A DNA stretch of 64,000 bases from Tepidisphaera sp. Its GTDB lineage: Bacteria > Planctomycetota > Phycisphaerae > Phycisphaerales > UBA1924. Positions 1-9,780 of the stretch are shown here, piece after piece. The notes below the pieces were generated by a model. It was not told the origin of the DNA and searched no databases. It saw only the letters and a program-made list of their open reading frames with translations. The stretch is from NCBI GenBank assembly GCA_050916045.1, contig CP051526.1:3584001-3648000 (forward strand). The letters run 5' to 3'. A program made the translations under genes and the position numbers. Within the stretch, counting starts at the first letter, position 1; each line of letters opens with the position of its first letter.

Positions 1-10
1 GGCCCGGCTT

Positions 11-1033
11 GTGTTCGCCATGGTGCTCCTCGCGCTCTTCGCGGCCGACCGCCCGGCTCACCTCGCCCGGATCGGGCTCGCGTCCCTCCCGGACGCCGAC
101 CCCGCGGCCCGCGTCGCGGATCTGCGGGCGCAGGGACAGTTCGGGGATGCTCTGCTCGTCGCGGCCGCCGGCCTCGAATGGACCGAAGGACACGCCCGCG
201 AGAAGCTGCTCGAACAGGAACGGCTCACCCGTGAAGAGCAAGCAAGCTGGTTCCGCCGGGCCAGGGAGGTCGGGATGGGGGCCCTCACCGGCCGCGGCGA
301 ATCGCTCGAGCGGCTGATCGGCGCCGTCGGCTCGGACCTCTTCCTCGTCGGCGACGTCCGCGACCTCACGATCGAAGCCATGAACCAAGCCACCACCGGC
401 GACAGCGACGAACTGATCGTCCTGCTCTCGACCGCCGGAGTCATCACCTCCGTCGCGCCGCAGATCGACTGGGCCCCCGCCGTCGTGAAAGCCGCTCGCA
501 AAGCCGGGGCTTTGGGTGACACGTTCGCCTCCACGTTGGGAGCGGCTCTCCGCCAAGGAAAGTGGGCGGACGCCCGGGCGCTGATCAACCCCATCGGTGA
601 CCTCGCGAGAGCGACCTCACCCGCGACCGCGCTCCGCGTCATGCCCTCGGCCGCTTCCGCGGATGATCTCACCCGTCTGGCCGAGTTCGCCAAATCCGGC
701 AAGCAGTCCGCGGCGGCGCTGCACGCGGGCGGAAAGTCCGCCGCCGATCTGCTGCTCCGAGCCGAGCGAAACGGGGAAGCGATGGTCACCGCCGCGGCTC
801 GCAAGGGGCCGCGCGGGTTTGAGTTCCTGACCGGCGCCGGCCGGGCGGCGATCAAGCCTCACCCGATTCTCGGCCTGCTCAAGGGCTTGTGGAAGGGCAA
901 CATCACCGCGCTGGCCGAGCGAGCGGTCGAACGCCTCAGCCCGCACGGCTGGTGGATCATCCCGCTCCTCGCCGCGTGGACGTTTGTCGAACTGCTGACG
1001 CTCTGGCGCAGGCTCACCACACCCGCGAGCTGA
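11..1033 (+). CDS. Hypothetical membrane protein (may extend past the 5' edge of the window)
   Basis: Long ORF with host-like codon usage and a hydrophobic C-terminal segment (WWIIPLLAAWTFVELLTLW). The frame is open back to the window edge. Confidence 0.7.
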   Translation: MFAMVLLALFAADRPAHLARIGLASLPDADPAARVADLRAQGQFGDALLVAAAGLEWTEGHAREKLLEQERLTREEQASWFRRAREVGMGALTGRGESLERLIGAVGSDLFLVGDVRDLTIEAMNQATTGDSDELIVLLSTAGVITSVAPQIDWAPAVVKAARKAGALGDTFASTLGAALRQGKWADARALINPIGDLARATSPATALRVMPSAASADDLTRLAEFAKSGKQSAAALHAGGKSAADLLLRAERNGEAMVTAAARKGPRGFEFLTGAGRAAIKPHPILGLLKGLWKGNITALAERAVERLSPHGWWIIPLLAAWTFVELLTLWRRLTTPAS

Positions 1034-1038
1034 CCGGC

Positions 1039-2325
1039 TCAGATCAACGGATCGAGCGCCGAACACACCCGGTCGACCTCCTCCATCGACGTGTAGTGCG
1101 CAAAGCTCACGCGCGCCACCGCCGGGATCCCCATCGCGTCCAGAAGCCGCTTGGAGTACGCGTGCCCCTGACGAATGCCGATGTTCCGCTCGGCCATCGC
1201 GAGCGAGAGAGCTTGCGGCGTGATCTTGTCCGACAGGAAAGCGATCGTCGCGACCCGCGACGGGCCCGTCGAGGCCGGGCCGACGATCCGCACCCCGGGC
1301 TTGGACAGAAGAAACTCGATGAACCGCTTCTGAAGCGAGAGTTCGATCGTTTCCATCACGCCAAACGCCCGCTCGAAGGTCCGCCGCGTCACCGGCCCCG
1401 TCTCGCCGACCAGACCCGCGAGGAAAGCGACATAGTCCGCGAGAGCCGCGATCCCCGCTGCGGACTCGTGGTTTGCCCCGCCGAGCTCCCACTTGTACGG
1501 CAGGTTGTCCTTGGGGATGAACTCGTGGTTGGGCCCGGTCAGATCAGCGAACGCCTCGAGCGTGCCGAGCATGGCTCCCGCGTGCGGACCGAAGACCTTG
1601 TACGTCGAGTAGATGTACCAGTCGCAGCCCATCCGCCCAATGTCCGGCGCGTGGTGCGGCGCGAAAGCGACGCCGTCGACGACGACCTTGGCGCCGGCTT
1701 CATGGGCGAGCTTGGCGACCGGCGCCGGATCCCACACTTCGCCCAGGATGTTCGAGACCTGCGGGAAGGTGACGAGCGCCGTCCGCGGCGACAAAAGCGA
1801 AGCCAGCGTGTTCAGGTTCGGCCGCCAGACGATTTCGCGCGGGCCGCACGGCACCGGCTCCGCCTGCCAGGGGATCACCGTGAACCCGCGCCGGGCGAGG
1901 TTGAGCCACGGGCCGACGTTGGCTTCGTGCCCGGCGGTACAGACGATGACCTCGGATCGCTCCTTCGGCAAAGCTCCCGTCGTGCGGGCATCGGCGTACG
2001 CGTGCGCCAGCGTGTGGCAGCAGACCGTCGTCGAGGAGGTGATGACGGCTTCGCCAAGGCCCCGGCCGACGACCTCGTCCCCCTGTACGCCCGCGTGGCC
2101 GTTGAGGTAGATCTTCACCACCTCGTGCGCTCGCCTCACGATCTCCGTCGCACGCTTGCTCGTGGCGTAGTCAGCGTTGAGCTGCACGAACGAGAGTCGC
2201 ATGTACGCGTGGATCGCGTCGATCACCTGGATCGGGAGCTGCGACCCGCCCGCGTTGTCGAGAAGGGTGTCGGGCCCGGCAAGCCCGGGGAACTGGGCTC
2301 TGATCTGCGGCAGAAGGTTGAGCAT
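1039..2325 (-). CDS. Aminotransferase class V / cysteine desulfurase-like PLP enzyme
   Basis: DNAGGSQ, HEAN, VDGVAFAPH and STYKVFGPH (PLP-lysine) motifs; ATG at 2325. Confidence 0.85.
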   Translation of the reverse strand: MLNLLPQIRAQFPGLAGPDTLLDNAGGSQLPIQVIDAIHAYMRLSFVQLNADYATSKRATEIVRRAHEVVKIYLNGHAGVQGDEVVGRGLGEAVITSSTTVCCHTLAHAYADARTTGALPKERSEVIVCTAGHEANVGPWLNLARRGFTVIPWQAEPVPCGPREIVWRPNLNTLASLLSPRTALVTFPQVSNILGEVWDPAPVAKLAHEAGAKVVVDGVAFAPHHAPDIGRMGCDWYIYSTYKVFGPHAGAMLGTLEAFADLTGPNHEFIPKDNLPYKWELGGANHESAAGIAALADYVAFLAGLVGETGPVTRRTFERAFGVMETIELSLQKRFIEFLLSKPGVRIVGPASTGPSRVATIAFLSDKITPQALSLAMAERNIGIRQGHAYSKRLLDAMGIPAVARVSFAHYTSMEEVDRVCSALDPLI

Positions 2326-2403
2326 GCGTTTCCAGCGTAGGAACAACGCGGCCCGGACGGATCGTCCGGGCCGCGGCATGATGCTCAGGATTGGAAGGCG
2401 GCT

Positions 2404-3372
2404 TTAGTTCTCGGGGATCGCGTCGCTGGTCACGATCTCGCGGAACTTCTTGCGGAGCTGCTTGGTGATCGGCCCTTCGCCGTCGGACAGCCGCGTGGAC
2501 TTGGTGATGGTGCCCTTGCCGTCGTGCTGATCGATCTCGGTGACGCCGATGATCTCGGCGGCCGTGCCGGTCAGGAACACCTCGTCAGCGGCCAGGACCT
2601 CCTCCAGCCGCATGTTCTTCTCAACGCAGCGGAAGCCGAGCGAAGGAGCAAGCTCACGAGCCACGAACCGCCGCGTGATCCCCTCGAGGATGCCCGCATC
2701 GCTGGGCGGCGTGTAGATGACGCCGTTCTTGATGACGAAGATGTTGTCGCCCGAGCCTTCGGTGACGTACCCGTCGGTGTTGAGCATGATGCACTCGTCG
2801 CAGCCGAAGTCGATGGCTTCGCACTTGGCGAGGATGTTGTTGAGGTAGTTGAGGCTCTTGACGCGGGGGTCGAGGCAGTCGATGGGCGTCTTGGGCCGGT
2901 TGGCGACGACGACGCGCATCCCCGCTTCGTACGCTTCGGCGGAGAAGAGGCGGATCTGGTCCGCGATGCAGATGATGCCGGGGACGGGGCAACGGCGCGG
3001 GTCAAGGCCGAGCGTGCCGAACCCGCGGGTCACGACCAGGCGGATGTACCCCTCGCTCAGCCCGTTGGCGGCGATGCAGTCCCGCTGGATCTTCACCATC
3101 TCGGCTTTCTCGATCGGGATGCGCAAGCGGATCTGCTCGGCGCAGTGGTACAGGCGGTCGACGTGCTGCTGGCACTTGAAGATCTTGCCGCGGTAGATGC
3201 GGATCCCCTCGAACACCCCGTCACCGTACAAAAGCCCGTGGTCATACACCGACACCATCGCCTGCGATTTGGGGACGATTTTCCCGTTCACATAGATGAG
3301 CGGACGGTCGGCGTCCTGCTGCCCTGCGGTGGTGCGGGCGGAGGTCTCGGCCGAAGCGACAGAACTGCTCAT
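2404..3372 (-). CDS. ilvE: Branched-chain amino acid aminotransferase (class IV)
   Basis: DHGLLYGDGVFEGIR, KSLNYLNNI, EGSGDNIF, LEGITR and FLTGTAAEI motifs; AGGAG RBS before ATG 3372. Confidence 0.92.
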   Translation of the reverse strand: MSSSVASAETSARTTAGQQDADRPLIYVNGKIVPKSQAMVSVYDHGLLYGDGVFEGIRIYRGKIFKCQQHVDRLYHCAEQIRLRIPIEKAEMVKIQRDCIAANGLSEGYIRLVVTRGFGTLGLDPRRCPVPGIICIADQIRLFSAEAYEAGMRVVVANRPKTPIDCLDPRVKSLNYLNNILAKCEAIDFGCDECIMLNTDGYVTEGSGDNIFVIKNGVIYTPPSDAGILEGITRRFVARELAPSLGFRCVEKNMRLEEVLAADEVFLTGTAAEIIGVTEIDQHDGKGTITKSTRLSDGEGPITKQLRKKFREIVTSDAIPEN

Positions 3373-3521
3373 GGGAAAATCTCCTTTCAGACCGCGATGA
3401 TACGCCGCGCGACCCCGCGAAGTTGAAAAAAATCCGAGCCCGGCCACCCCCGCAACCGCCCACTTTCTCACCGAACCCCCGCGCGGCCCGCCAGCCCCCC
3501 AAATAGCCATCCTCGGTCGGC

Positions 3522-5618
3522 TCAGACCGTGCGCCAGGAAGCCCCGCACTGCGTGTTCAGCAGGCCGACAAGGGTGTTCACCTCAGTGTCCACCTCTTCG
3601 TGCCGGAGCGTCTTGCCCGCGTCCCGGAACCGAAGCCGAAGCGTCAGCGACTTCTTCCCCGCTCCGATCTGCTTGCCCCTGAACGTCCCCACGAACTCAA
3701 GCGACTCAAGCCGCGGCAGCTTGGACGAACTCACCACCGTGCGGACCTCGTCCCACGTCATCGCTTCCGCCACGATCGGCGACAGGTCGCGCTCGACCGC
3801 CGGGAACGTCGGCAAAGCTTCCACCCGCGACTTGGGCGGGAAAAGCCCAACCACCGCCGCAAGGTTCAGCTCCGCGCACACGTGCACACTCTCCAGCCCG
3901 AAAGACTGTGCGTGCCCCGAACCCACCACGGCCAGGTATCCGGCCTTCACCCCGTTGATCAAGACCGTCGCGTACGACCCCGCGTCCAGCGCATCGCAGT
4001 GCGGCGCCGCCTTGACGATCGCAAGCTCCGCCGCCGCTCCGCCAAGCTGCTTCACCAGCGACTCGATGGTCCCGCGGATCGTCCGGACCCCGGTTTGCAG
4101 ATCCGCGATCGTCGGTTTCTTCCCCGACACCGGCACGTCCGCGAGCAGAGCGATGTTGCGGTGCTCAGCGCTCTTGCCGTCCGCCTGCCCGAAGACCGAA
4201 GCGATCTCGAAGAGGCGAATCCCGCTCTCCCCGGGCATCTTCACCTGACCATCCTGGTTGGCTTTCCGACACGCCAGCAGGTTCGGGATCACGCTCGGGC
4301 GGAGCGTCGGCTCCGCTCCGCGCCGTTCATCGTCCACGTTGACCACGGCCAAGCCCTTGGGAATCCACGCCGCGCCGATCGCCGGCTTCACGAAGCTGAA
4401 CGTCACCGCTTCGAAGTACCCCTGCGCCGTCAGCACGCCCGCGATCTCCCTCATCGCCCGCTGAGAGTCCTGCGGCGGCTTGACCGCCACCGGGAGCTTC
4501 TCCGCCATGGGGATCGCGTCCAATCCGTTCGTGCGGGCCACTTCTTCGATCAGGTCGATCTCGCCCGTGAGGTCCACGCGCGTCGCCGGGATCGTGCACG
4601 TCACCACCCCGGCGGCTTTGGACACCGGAGCCAGTCCCTGCGCCGAGAGAAGCGTCGAGATCCTCGCGTCCTCGATCGCGTACCCGAGGATCGACCGACA
4701 GCGCGACAGACGAAGGTCGATCGTCCGCGCCGGCGGAAGATCCTTCCCCCCCGTCATCGTCCCCTCGCAAAGCTCGCCCCCCGCCACTTCCACGATCAGC
4801 GCCGCCGCCCGATCCGAAGCGTACTGAAGCGTGCGTGCATCCACGACCCGCTCGAAACGATGCCCCGCGTCCGTCCGAATCTGAAGCCGGCGCGCCGCCC
4901 GACGAATCGTCGCCGGATCCCACGTCGCCACCTCAAGCACAACATCCGTCGTCGCCGCCGTGACCTCCGACTCGCCGCCGCCGATCACGCCGGCCAGGCT
5001 CTGCGGCTTGGCGTTGTCCGCCACGACCAGTTCATCCGCGCGGAGTTTGCGCTCCTTCCCGTCCAGCGTCAGCAGCCGTTCGCCGTCGCTCGCGAAGCGC
5101 ACCACCAGCGCCGCACCCTCAAGCTTCGAAAGGTCGAACACATGGCACGGGTTGCCAAGCTCAAAGCAGATGAAGTTGGTGACGTCAACCACGTTGTTGA
5201 TCGACCGCTGCCCCACCGCTTCGAGCGCACGCACCAGCCACGCCGGGCTCGGCCCGACCTTCACGCCGCGGATCACCCGCGCCGTGAACCGAGGACACGC
5301 ATCCGGCGTGCGCACATCGAGTTTGAGCGCCGAGGCGACCGGCCGGCCGTTGCCCGGGACCGCCTTGACGACGGGCATCGCGAACGCCCGGCCCGTCTTG
5401 GCCGCGATCTCTCGCGCAAGACCGACCTGGCTGAGGCAGTCACCGCGATTTGACGTTACTTCGACATCAAGACGTGTATCCGGGGTTTCCCATTGGAAAA
5501 CAACCTCTTCCCGCGTCTCGATCGGAAAGCCGAGGTTCATGAGCACATCCGCGGCTTCATCCGCGGTGAGATTGGCGGGCGTTAGGTACTGGTTGAGCCA
5601 GCGAACTGATGCGTGCAT
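3522..5618 (-). CDS. pheT: Phenylalanine--tRNA ligase beta subunit (lacks the B2 OB-fold insert)
   Basis: NRGDCLS, SINNVVDVTN, DLIEEVAR and a C-terminal FDX-ACB domain (FPAVERDLS...GKKSLTLRLRFR). Confidence 0.95.
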   Translation of the reverse strand: MHASVRWLNQYLTPANLTADEAADVLMNLGFPIETREEVVFQWETPDTRLDVEVTSNRGDCLSQVGLAREIAAKTGRAFAMPVVKAVPGNGRPVASALKLDVRTPDACPRFTARVIRGVKVGPSPAWLVRALEAVGQRSINNVVDVTNFICFELGNPCHVFDLSKLEGAALVVRFASDGERLLTLDGKERKLRADELVVADNAKPQSLAGVIGGGESEVTAATTDVVLEVATWDPATIRRAARRLQIRTDAGHRFERVVDARTLQYASDRAAALIVEVAGGELCEGTMTGGKDLPPARTIDLRLSRCRSILGYAIEDARISTLLSAQGLAPVSKAAGVVTCTIPATRVDLTGEIDLIEEVARTNGLDAIPMAEKLPVAVKPPQDSQRAMREIAGVLTAQGYFEAVTFSFVKPAIGAAWIPKGLAVVNVDDERRGAEPTLRPSVIPNLLACRKANQDGQVKMPGESGIRLFEIASVFGQADGKSAEHRNIALLADVPVSGKKPTIADLQTGVRTIRGTIESLVKQLGGAAAELAIVKAAPHCDALDAGSYATVLINGVKAGYLAVVGSGHAQSFGLESVHVCAELNLAAVVGLFPPKSRVEALPTFPAVERDLSPIVAEAMTWDEVRTVVSSSKLPRLESLEFVGTFRGKQIGAGKKSLTLRLRFRDAGKTLRHEEVDTEVNTLVGLLNTQCGASWRTV

Positions 5619-5672
5619 AAGGCCCGAACGGTAGGTGGTTCGGCGGTTCTCGTCGCCTCGCAATGTTTGGGG

Positions 5673-5701
5673 TTGACAGTCACGTCCGCTTCAGTTATAC
5701 C
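5673..5701 (+). promoter_or_regulatory. Sigma70-type promoter for the 5807 gene
   Basis: TTGACA (5673-5678), 17-bp spacer, TATACC (5696-5701). Confidence 0.6.
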
Positions 5702-5806
5702 ACACGAGCGAGCAGCGATCAGCGCTCGGCTTTCGGTGTTGTCGTGGGCATCGAATGTCCAAACACCGGGTCATCGTGGTCCCCCTTTACTGGACGGAGG
5801 ATGTTT

Positions 5807-7762
5807 ATGCGTATGAAGGCACCGCTTCTCATTTTGGCTGCGGCTGGCTTGGTCGGAACCGCATCGGCGCAGACCGGCCTTCCGAAGAACCAAACCTCAA
5901 ACCTCGCTGGGAGCGCGAAGATCCACAAGACTCAGGTCGCCCCGATCCCGGGCTTTGGCTCGCGCGTCGACGCGGCCGACAACTGCGCCGATGCTCCGGC
6001 GGTGGTTGACGGCGACGTCGTGAATTTCAACACCGCCGGCGCCTCCAACGACTTCGCCGCTTCCTGCGGCCTGTCGAGCGGCAGCGCGGACGTGTGGGTC
6101 AAGGTCGTCGCGACGGCGAACATCCGCGTCACGCTTGCGACCTGCGGCCTGACCGCGGGCGACACCGTTCTGGCGGTGACCGACGGGTGCGGCGGCGGCG
6201 AGGTTCTGTGCCAGGACGACTCCTGCGGCCTTCAGACGCAGGTGAGCTTCCTCATGGATGCCGGCCAGACGTACTACGCCCGCGTTGCCGGCTACAACAA
6301 CACCACGCCCTCCGGCCAGCTTTCGGTTTCGATCATCCCGAACGTTCCGGGCGGCTCGGCTTCTGACGCGTGCGAAGACGCTCCGCTCGTCGGCGTGGGC
6401 ATCCACGATTTCGACACGACGTCCGCGACCAACGACTACGCCGCGACCTGCGGCGCGTCGGGCGCCTCGCCCGACGCGTGGCTGAAGTACACCACCGGCG
6501 ACACCTCCGAGCAGGTGACGGCGACGACGTGCGGCCTTTCCGGCAACGACACGGTTCTGGCCATGGTCGACGGCTGCGGCGGCAGCCAGCTGGCGTGCGT
6601 CGATGACGCGTGCGGCCTGCAGTCGACGGTCTCGGCGATCGTCGGGCCCAACACGACGGTCTGGATCCGCGTCGCGGGTTACGCGGGCGGCACGGCTTCC
6701 GGCCAGGTGCAGATCTCCGCGGTGGACGTGGTTCCCCCGCCCAACGACTCGTGCGCCACTGCGGCCGAGCTTCAGGTCGGCGTTCCGACGGCGTTCGATT
6801 CGTCCTTCGCGGACGCGGACGGCTCGGCTTCGTGCGGCTTCGGCGGCGATCCGGGCTCGGCCTCGGTGTGGTTCAAGTTCACGGCCAACCGTGACGGACA
6901 GGCCGAGGTGCTCACCTGCGGTCTGGTGGCCTTCGACACGATCATCTCGATGTATGACTCGTGCGACGGGACCGAGCTTGGCTGCAACGACGACGCTTGC
7001 GGCGTGCAGAGCGCCTTCTTCGCCAACGTGACCAACGGTCAGGAATACCTCGTCCGCGTGTCGGGCTACGGCCTCGCCCGCGGCGCGGGTCAGGTGCAGG
7101 TCAACATCGGCGATCCGTGCGAGACGATCCGTCCCTCCGGCGCGGTCGATGAGAACGAGGACTGCCAGTCGACGGGCGGGACCGACACCAACGGCGGCTG
7201 CAACATCCCCGGCTTCCCGGTCGAGCTCGTCGAGGTCGACTCGGTGATCTGGGGCAACGCCTCCACGTTCTTTGATGCCAACACCGGGTTCGACACCCGC
7301 GACACCGACTGGTACGAGTTCACGCTCGACACGGACCGCGACCTCACGATCACGGGTACCGCGGGCTACGACCTCCGCATCTTCCTCCTCGACACCGTCT
7401 GCCCGGACGTGACGATCATCTCCACCGCCAACAGCGGCCGTCCGTGCGCCGAAGCCGTGATCACCGCCAGCCTCACCGCCGGCACCTACCGCGTCTTCGC
7501 GGGCACCAACTTCTTCGCCGGCCTCCCCTGCGACGGCACGATCGATACCCACTACATCCTGACCATCGGCGAGCCCTCCACGGGCTGCGTCGCTGACTTC
7601 AACGGTGACAGCTTCGTCGACTTCTTCGACTACCTCGACTACGTCACCTGCTTCGAGGGCGAGAGCTGCCCCGCCGGCCGCTCGGCCGACGTCAACGGTG
7701 ACGACTTCGTGGACTTCTTCGACTACGCCGACTACGTCGACGCCTTCGAGACCGGCTGCTAA
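5807..7762 (+). CDS. Secreted Cys-rich repeat protein with C-terminal GC-type dockerin-like tail
   Basis: GGAGG RBS; signal peptide (LLILAAAGLVGTASAQ); three ~125-aa Cys-rich repeats (TCGL...DTVLA..DGCGG...DDxCGLQ...RVAGY); tail CVADFNGDSFVDFFDY...FETGC*. Confidence 0.88.
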   Translation: MRMKAPLLILAAAGLVGTASAQTGLPKNQTSNLAGSAKIHKTQVAPIPGFGSRVDAADNCADAPAVVDGDVVNFNTAGASNDFAASCGLSSGSADVWVKVVATANIRVTLATCGLTAGDTVLAVTDGCGGGEVLCQDDSCGLQTQVSFLMDAGQTYYARVAGYNNTTPSGQLSVSIIPNVPGGSASDACEDAPLVGVGIHDFDTTSATNDYAATCGASGASPDAWLKYTTGDTSEQVTATTCGLSGNDTVLAMVDGCGGSQLACVDDACGLQSTVSAIVGPNTTVWIRVAGYAGGTASGQVQISAVDVVPPPNDSCATAAELQVGVPTAFDSSFADADGSASCGFGGDPGSASVWFKFTANRDGQAEVLTCGLVAFDTIISMYDSCDGTELGCNDDACGVQSAFFANVTNGQEYLVRVSGYGLARGAGQVQVNIGDPCETIRPSGAVDENEDCQSTGGTDTNGGCNIPGFPVELVEVDSVIWGNASTFFDANTGFDTRDTDWYEFTLDTDRDLTITGTAGYDLRIFLLDTVCPDVTIISTANSGRPCAEAVITASLTAGTYRVFAGTNFFAGLPCDGTIDTHYILTIGEPSTGCVADFNGDSFVDFFDYLDYVTCFEGESCPAGRSADVNGDDFVDFFDYADYVDAFETGC

Positions 7763-7809
7763 GCCGCCGACCCGGACCTGACCGAAGGTCCGAGTACCAC
7801 GACCCATCC

Positions 7810-7848
7810 AAAGCCCCCGGGTGCCTCCACCCGGGGGCTTTGCGTTTT
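7810..7848 (+). terminator. Rho-independent terminator
   Basis: AAAGCCCCCGGGTG-CCTC-CACCCGGGGGCTTT perfect 14-bp stem followed by GCGTTTT. Confidence 0.85.
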
Positions 7849-7979
7849 CGCCGACCCAATCGCCGCCAGCCCTCGGAATTCCCGCAATCGGGAGAGATCG
7901 GACTGGCATTCCCCTTCGAATGATGTATGCTGGATCCTCGGGAGGGAACGCTCCCCTGATCAGGCCGGAGGGAACACGA

Positions 7980-9617
7980 ATGTCGTCACGAGGCGTTGTG
8001 GGAATCACGACGGCGGTCTTCGCCGCTGCGGCGGGGTTGGCGTTCGCGCCCCTCGCCCTCGCGGGCCCGCGCGAATCCGTGACCTTTTCGAACATCGAGT
8101 CGCGCGAGCGCGTGAACGACCCCGCCAACATCACCACCTCCACCACGTTCACGGGCGGGTACTCCGTCGGCCGTCTGCGCGTCACCGGAACGCTCACCGG
8201 CGTCATCCCCGCCTCTTTCGCGAGCGAAGCCCGCATCCGCGTCACGACGCCCCTCGGCCGCACCCTCACCCTCCAGCCCTTCATCACCAGCGCCTTCTCC
8301 GGCCCTCTCACCATCAACCCCGCCTACGAGCTCATCGTTCAGCCCGCCGAAGCCGACGCCGCCGGACTCTGGACCTTTCAGTTTTACGAAAGCCGCAACG
8401 ACGGAGCGGGCGCCGACGCCCTCTGGAACACGATCACCATCGAACTCGACGACGCTCCGCCGCCCCCCCCGCCCGGCGACCACACCACCGCACTCAACCT
8501 CGGCGAGATCGGAGCCGGCCAGACCGTCACGCACCACGAACCGGACTGGGACTTCTACCCCGGCGTCAAGTGGTACCGGTTCGATGTGCCCGTCCCCGTG
8601 ACGCCCGGCACAAGCACCTACCTCGACATCGATAGCAACCAGACCGCGTACGGCACCGGCAACGATGTCGTTACCGACACCGAAATCGCGCTCTTCAACC
8701 AGTCGGGCACGCTCATCGCCCAGGACGACGACGACGGCGAAGGTCTCGCAAGCCTGCTCAGCTTCGGAGCTATCTCCTCGCGTCCGGGCGGGTACCAAAG
8801 CCAGGACGGCACGCTGCCGCCCGGCACTTACTACCTCTGCGTCGCTCCCTTCAACGCGACCTTCGCGAGCGGGTTCTCGGTGACGACCAACAGCACCGCG
8901 TTCCCCGCCGATGTTCGCGTCCGTCTTTCGAGCGGGTTCACCTCGCCTCCCTCGGCACCCGCCGCGCTCGACATGGGAACCCTCCAGGGCGGTGGCGCGA
9001 TGCCGCCCGCCGACTTGCTCGCGCCCGGCGAGATCCACTGGTACACCTTCGAGCTCGCTTCGCCCATCGAAGCGGCGCTCCTGACGTTCTTCGATATCGA
9101 CACGGAAGGTTCGCTCCTCACCGATCCCGGATCGGGCACCGGCAACGACACGATCGCGGGCCTGTACGACGCGAGCGGCGTGCGCGTGCTCGTGGATGAT
9201 GACGATGGCTCGGGCCGGCTCACGCAGATGACCTTCGGGGGTGCAAGCACGACGGCGATCGTCGGCAACGGCTTGGCGTATAACGGCCGCGACGGGTCGC
9301 TTCCCGCAGGTCGATACTACCTCGCGGTGACGGGCTTTGGAAACACGGCCTTCGGACCAACCGGCTGGAGCGTGTACACCGAGCACGTCAAGTCCGGCAC
9401 GGTCGCGGTCCGGCTGTTCACGAACACGGGAGCCCCGACCTGTCCGGCGGACTTCAACGGCGACGGGTTCCTGGATTTCTTCGACTACGACGATTACGTC
9501 TTCTGCTTCGAAAGCGGGACCTGCCCGCCCGGGCGCACCGCGGACTTCAACGGGGACGACTTCGTGGACTTCTTCGACTACGACGATTTCGTCCTGAACT
9601 TCGAGACAGGCTGCTGA
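7980..9617 (+). CDS. Secreted protein with two PPC-like (pre-peptidase C-terminal) modules and GC-type dockerin-like tail
   Basis: Signal peptide; duplicated module (WYxF...DIDxxxx...DT.I.L...G..I..DDDDG.G..S.L.FG...DG.LP.G.YYL.V); tail CPADFNGDGFLDFFDYDDYV...FETGC*. Confidence 0.85.
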   Translation: MSSRGVVGITTAVFAAAAGLAFAPLALAGPRESVTFSNIESRERVNDPANITTSTTFTGGYSVGRLRVTGTLTGVIPASFASEARIRVTTPLGRTLTLQPFITSAFSGPLTINPAYELIVQPAEADAAGLWTFQFYESRNDGAGADALWNTITIELDDAPPPPPPGDHTTALNLGEIGAGQTVTHHEPDWDFYPGVKWYRFDVPVPVTPGTSTYLDIDSNQTAYGTGNDVVTDTEIALFNQSGTLIAQDDDDGEGLASLLSFGAISSRPGGYQSQDGTLPPGTYYLCVAPFNATFASGFSVTTNSTAFPADVRVRLSSGFTSPPSAPAALDMGTLQGGGAMPPADLLAPGEIHWYTFELASPIEAALLTFFDIDTEGSLLTDPGSGTGNDTIAGLYDASGVRVLVDDDDGSGRLTQMTFGGASTTAIVGNGLAYNGRDGSLPAGRYYLAVTGFGNTAFGPTGWSVYTEHVKSGTVAVRLFTNTGAPTCPADFNGDGFLDFFDYDDYVFCFESGTCPPGRTADFNGDDFVDFFDYDDFVLNFETGC

Positions 9618-9780
9618 GTTTCGGGACCTGCGGCAGAGGTCCGCCCACAAGCGGTCGGTCGTGAGGCAAGCGACGCCTGCGCGGAAGTTTGGGGGCGCAA
9701 GGGCTGCGCCCGGTCTGGAAACACGCTCACGATTCGCGGAGCATCATCTCCCCGGAACTCGCCGCCGATGGTGGGTGACG

